From: an uncultured Actinomycetota bacterium
GTDB lineage: Bacteria > Actinomycetota > Actinomycetes > Propionibacteriales > Nocardioidaceae
NCBI GenBank assembly: GCA_963728505.1
Contig: CAVSKH010000003.1
Span: 513,352 to 577,351 of the forward strand
Length of the DNA stretch: 64,000 nt
Direction of reading: 5' to 3'
Shown here: positions 62,273 through 64,000 of the stretch, piece after piece
Layout of the letters: each line of letters opens with the position of its first letter
How positions within the stretch are numbered: the first letter of the stretch is position 1
Notes under the pieces: generated by a model
The model's input: the letters and a program-made list of their open reading frames with translations, nothing else
What the model was told of the DNA's origin: nothing
The model's database searches: none
Translations under genes and position numbers: made by a program

Positions 62273-64000
62273 TCACTGACCTGGCCCCGCAACGGGGGTG
62301 GCCTCGGCGCGCACCTGCGGGGGCACGCCACTGCGATCGGTGAGTGGCGTGAAGCCGCGAAGCCGCAGACTGTTGCTGACCACGAACACGCTCGAGAAGG
62401 CCATGGCCGCACCGGCGAGCATCGGGTTGAGCAGGCCTGCGGCGGCCAGGGGCAGGGCGGCGACGTTGTAGGCGAACGCCCAGAAGAGGTTGCCCTTGAT
62501 GGTGGCCAGCGTGCGCCTGGAGAGCCGGATCGCGTCGGCGGCGACCCGGAGATCCCCACGGACCAGCGTGAGATCGCTGGCCTCGATGGCGACGTCGGTG
62601 CCGGTGCCCATCGCCAACCCGAGGTCCGCCTGCGCCAGGGCAGCGGCGTCGTTGACACCGTCACCGACCATGGCCACGACCTTGCCGTCGGCCTGCAGCC
62701 GCCTGACGAGGTCGACCTTGTCCGACGGGAGGACGTCCGCGATCACGGCATCCGGATCGATGCCCACCTGCGCCGCGACCGATCGCGCGACCGTCTCGTT
62801 GTCACCGGTGAGCAGGATCGGTCGCAGCCCGAGGTCACGGAGCTGAGTGATCGCCTGCGCGGACGTGGGCTTGACGGCGTCCGCGACCACGACCACGCCG
62901 CGCGCGGCGCCGTCCCAGCCGACCGCCACAGCCGTGCCCCCGGCGCCCTGGGCCTCGAGCATCGCGGTCTCCAGCTCGGCGGGCAGGTGTTGGGACCAGT
63001 CGGCGAGCAGCTGCGGGCGACCGACGAGGACCGCGTGGCTGCGGCCGTCCCGGTTGATGATGCCCTGGACTCCCCGGCCTTCGAGGTTGGCGAAGTCCTC
63101 GACCGCCGGCAGGGTGCCGACCCGGTCCCGGGCGCCGCTCGCGACGGCTCGGGCGATGGGGTGTTCAGAGAGATCCTCCAGTGCCCCGGCGAGCCGAAGC
63201 ACCTCCGCAGGGTCCTCACCCGGCGCTGCGTGGACGTCGATGAGGGTCATCTGGCCAGTGGTGACGGTGCCGGTCTTGTCGAGGACGACGGTGTCGACGG
63301 CTCGCGTGGACTCGAGCACCTCGGGGCCCTTGATCAGGATGCCGAGCTGGGCTCCGCGCCCGGTGCCGACCATGAGTGCGGTCGGGGTGGCGAGGCCGAG
63401 TGCGCAGGGGCAGGCGATGATCAGCACGGCGACCGCGGCGGTGAATGCCGTCGCGAGGCCGGCACCGGAGCCGACCCAGAAGCCGAGGGTGCCGACCGCC
63501 AGCGCGATGACGATCGGGACGAAGATCCCCGAGATGCGGTCGGCCAGTCGCTGGACCTGCGCCTTGCCGTTCTGTGCGTCCTCGACCAGGCGAGCCATCT
63601 GCGCGAGCTGGGTGTCGCCACCGACCCTGGTGGCGCGAACCACCAGGCGCCCGCCCGCATTGACCGTCGCCCCGGTGATCGCGTCACCGGGTCGGACCTC
63701 GACCGGCACGGACTCCCCGGTCAGCATCGAGGCATCGACGGCCGAGGATCCGTCCTCGATGACGCCGTCGGTGGCGATCTTCTCCCCGGGGCGGACCACG
63801 AACCTCATCCCGACGGCCAGCTGGTCTGTCGTGATGCGTTCCTCGACGGGGCCGTCCGGACCGTCGCGGAGGACGGCGACGTCCTTGGCGCCCAGCTCCA
63901 GAAGGGCTCGCAGAGCAGCACCCGCGCGGCGCTTGGAGCGGGACTCGAAGTAGCGGCCGGCGAGGATGAACGTCGTGACTCCGGCCGCCGCTTCGAGGTA
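62273..64000 (-). CDS. heavy-metal P1B-type ATPase, Cu(I)-type signature; 5' end outside window
   Basis: Motifs: [29 protein letters not shown]...P and [15 protein letters not shown]. The frame stays open from 63808 to 64000 ([27 protein letters not shown]...). Confidence 0.85.
   Translation of the reverse strand, partial: YLEAAAGVTTFILAGRYFESRSKRRAGAALRALLELGAKDVAVLRDGPDGPVEERITTDQLAVGMRFVVRPGEKIATDGVIEDGSSAVDASMLTGESVPVEVRPGDAITGATVNAGGRLVVRATRVGGDTQLAQMARLVEDAQNGKAQVQRLADRISGIFVPIVIALAVGTLGFWVGSGAGLATAFTAAVAVLIIACPCALGLATPTALMVGTGRGAQLGILIKGPEVLESTRAVDTVVLDKTGTVTTGQMTLIDVHAAPGEDPAEVLRLAGALEDLSEHPIARAVASGARDRVGTLPAVEDFANLEGRGVQGIINRDGRSHAVLVGRPQLLADWSQHLPAELETAMLEAQGAGGTAVAVGWDGAARGVVVVADAVKPTSAQAITQLRDLGLRPILLTGDNETVARSVAAQVGIDPDAVIADVLPSDKVDLVRRLQADGKVVAMVGDGVNDAAALAQADLGLAMGTGTDVAIEASDLTLVRGDLRVAADAIRLSRRTLATIKGNLFWAFAYNVAALPLAAAGLLNPMLAGAAMAFSSVFVVSNSLRLRGFTPLTDRSGVPPQVRAEATPVAGPGQ

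Noticed and set aside
1-64000. Scan for tRNA/rRNA genes, CRISPR arrays, IS elements/transposases, integrases and prophage genes
   Set aside because: No T-loop (GGTTCGAATCC-like) contexts, regularly spaced repeats, DDE/tyrosine-recombinase-like ORFs or terminal inverted repeats were recognised. The DUF222/HNH gene is the only mobile-element-like gene.

Overview
Very GC-rich, actinobacterial-type chromosomal segment. It is densely coding, with about 50 CDS. I recognised no rRNA, tRNA, CRISPR array or IS/transposase. Most long opposite-strand ORFs in the track are Arg/Gly/Pro-rich shadow frames.

Main content, left to right:
- Lactate 2-monooxygenase-like gene and a DHA2 MFS exporter.
- A 21.4-kb minus-strand operon (3331-24734) of six translationally coupled ORFs (198, 3366, 667, 327, 1329 and 1243 aa). 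I cannot assign it to any known system. A strongly SD-led 70-aa membrane peptide gene lies just upstream.
- A secreted S1 protease and housekeeping oxidoreductases.
- A DUF222/HNH (13E12-type) gene with an SOS-box-like site, and nei.
- A sulfatase/FGE/FAD-oxidase block bracketed by a chimeric duplicated scar of the sdh-like and tfoX-like genes, with microsatellite-decayed HAD remnants.
- An unknown-protein + MoxR-class AAA + metallopeptidase-like/vWA triad.
- Metal and central-metabolism genes: CDF transporter, ppc, MMPL.
- An eight-gene complex-I-like cluster with membrane-arm subunits only. It includes a cysteine-poor NuoB/NuoD-like fusion carrying a His/Asp/Gly insert. It lies next to an ArsR regulator and a Cu-type P1B ATPase that is truncated by the window end.

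The giant operon is my top candidate for an undescribed system. The cofactor-less nuo-like cluster and the MoxR/vWA triad rank next. All family calls rest on motif recognition by eye; no searches were run.
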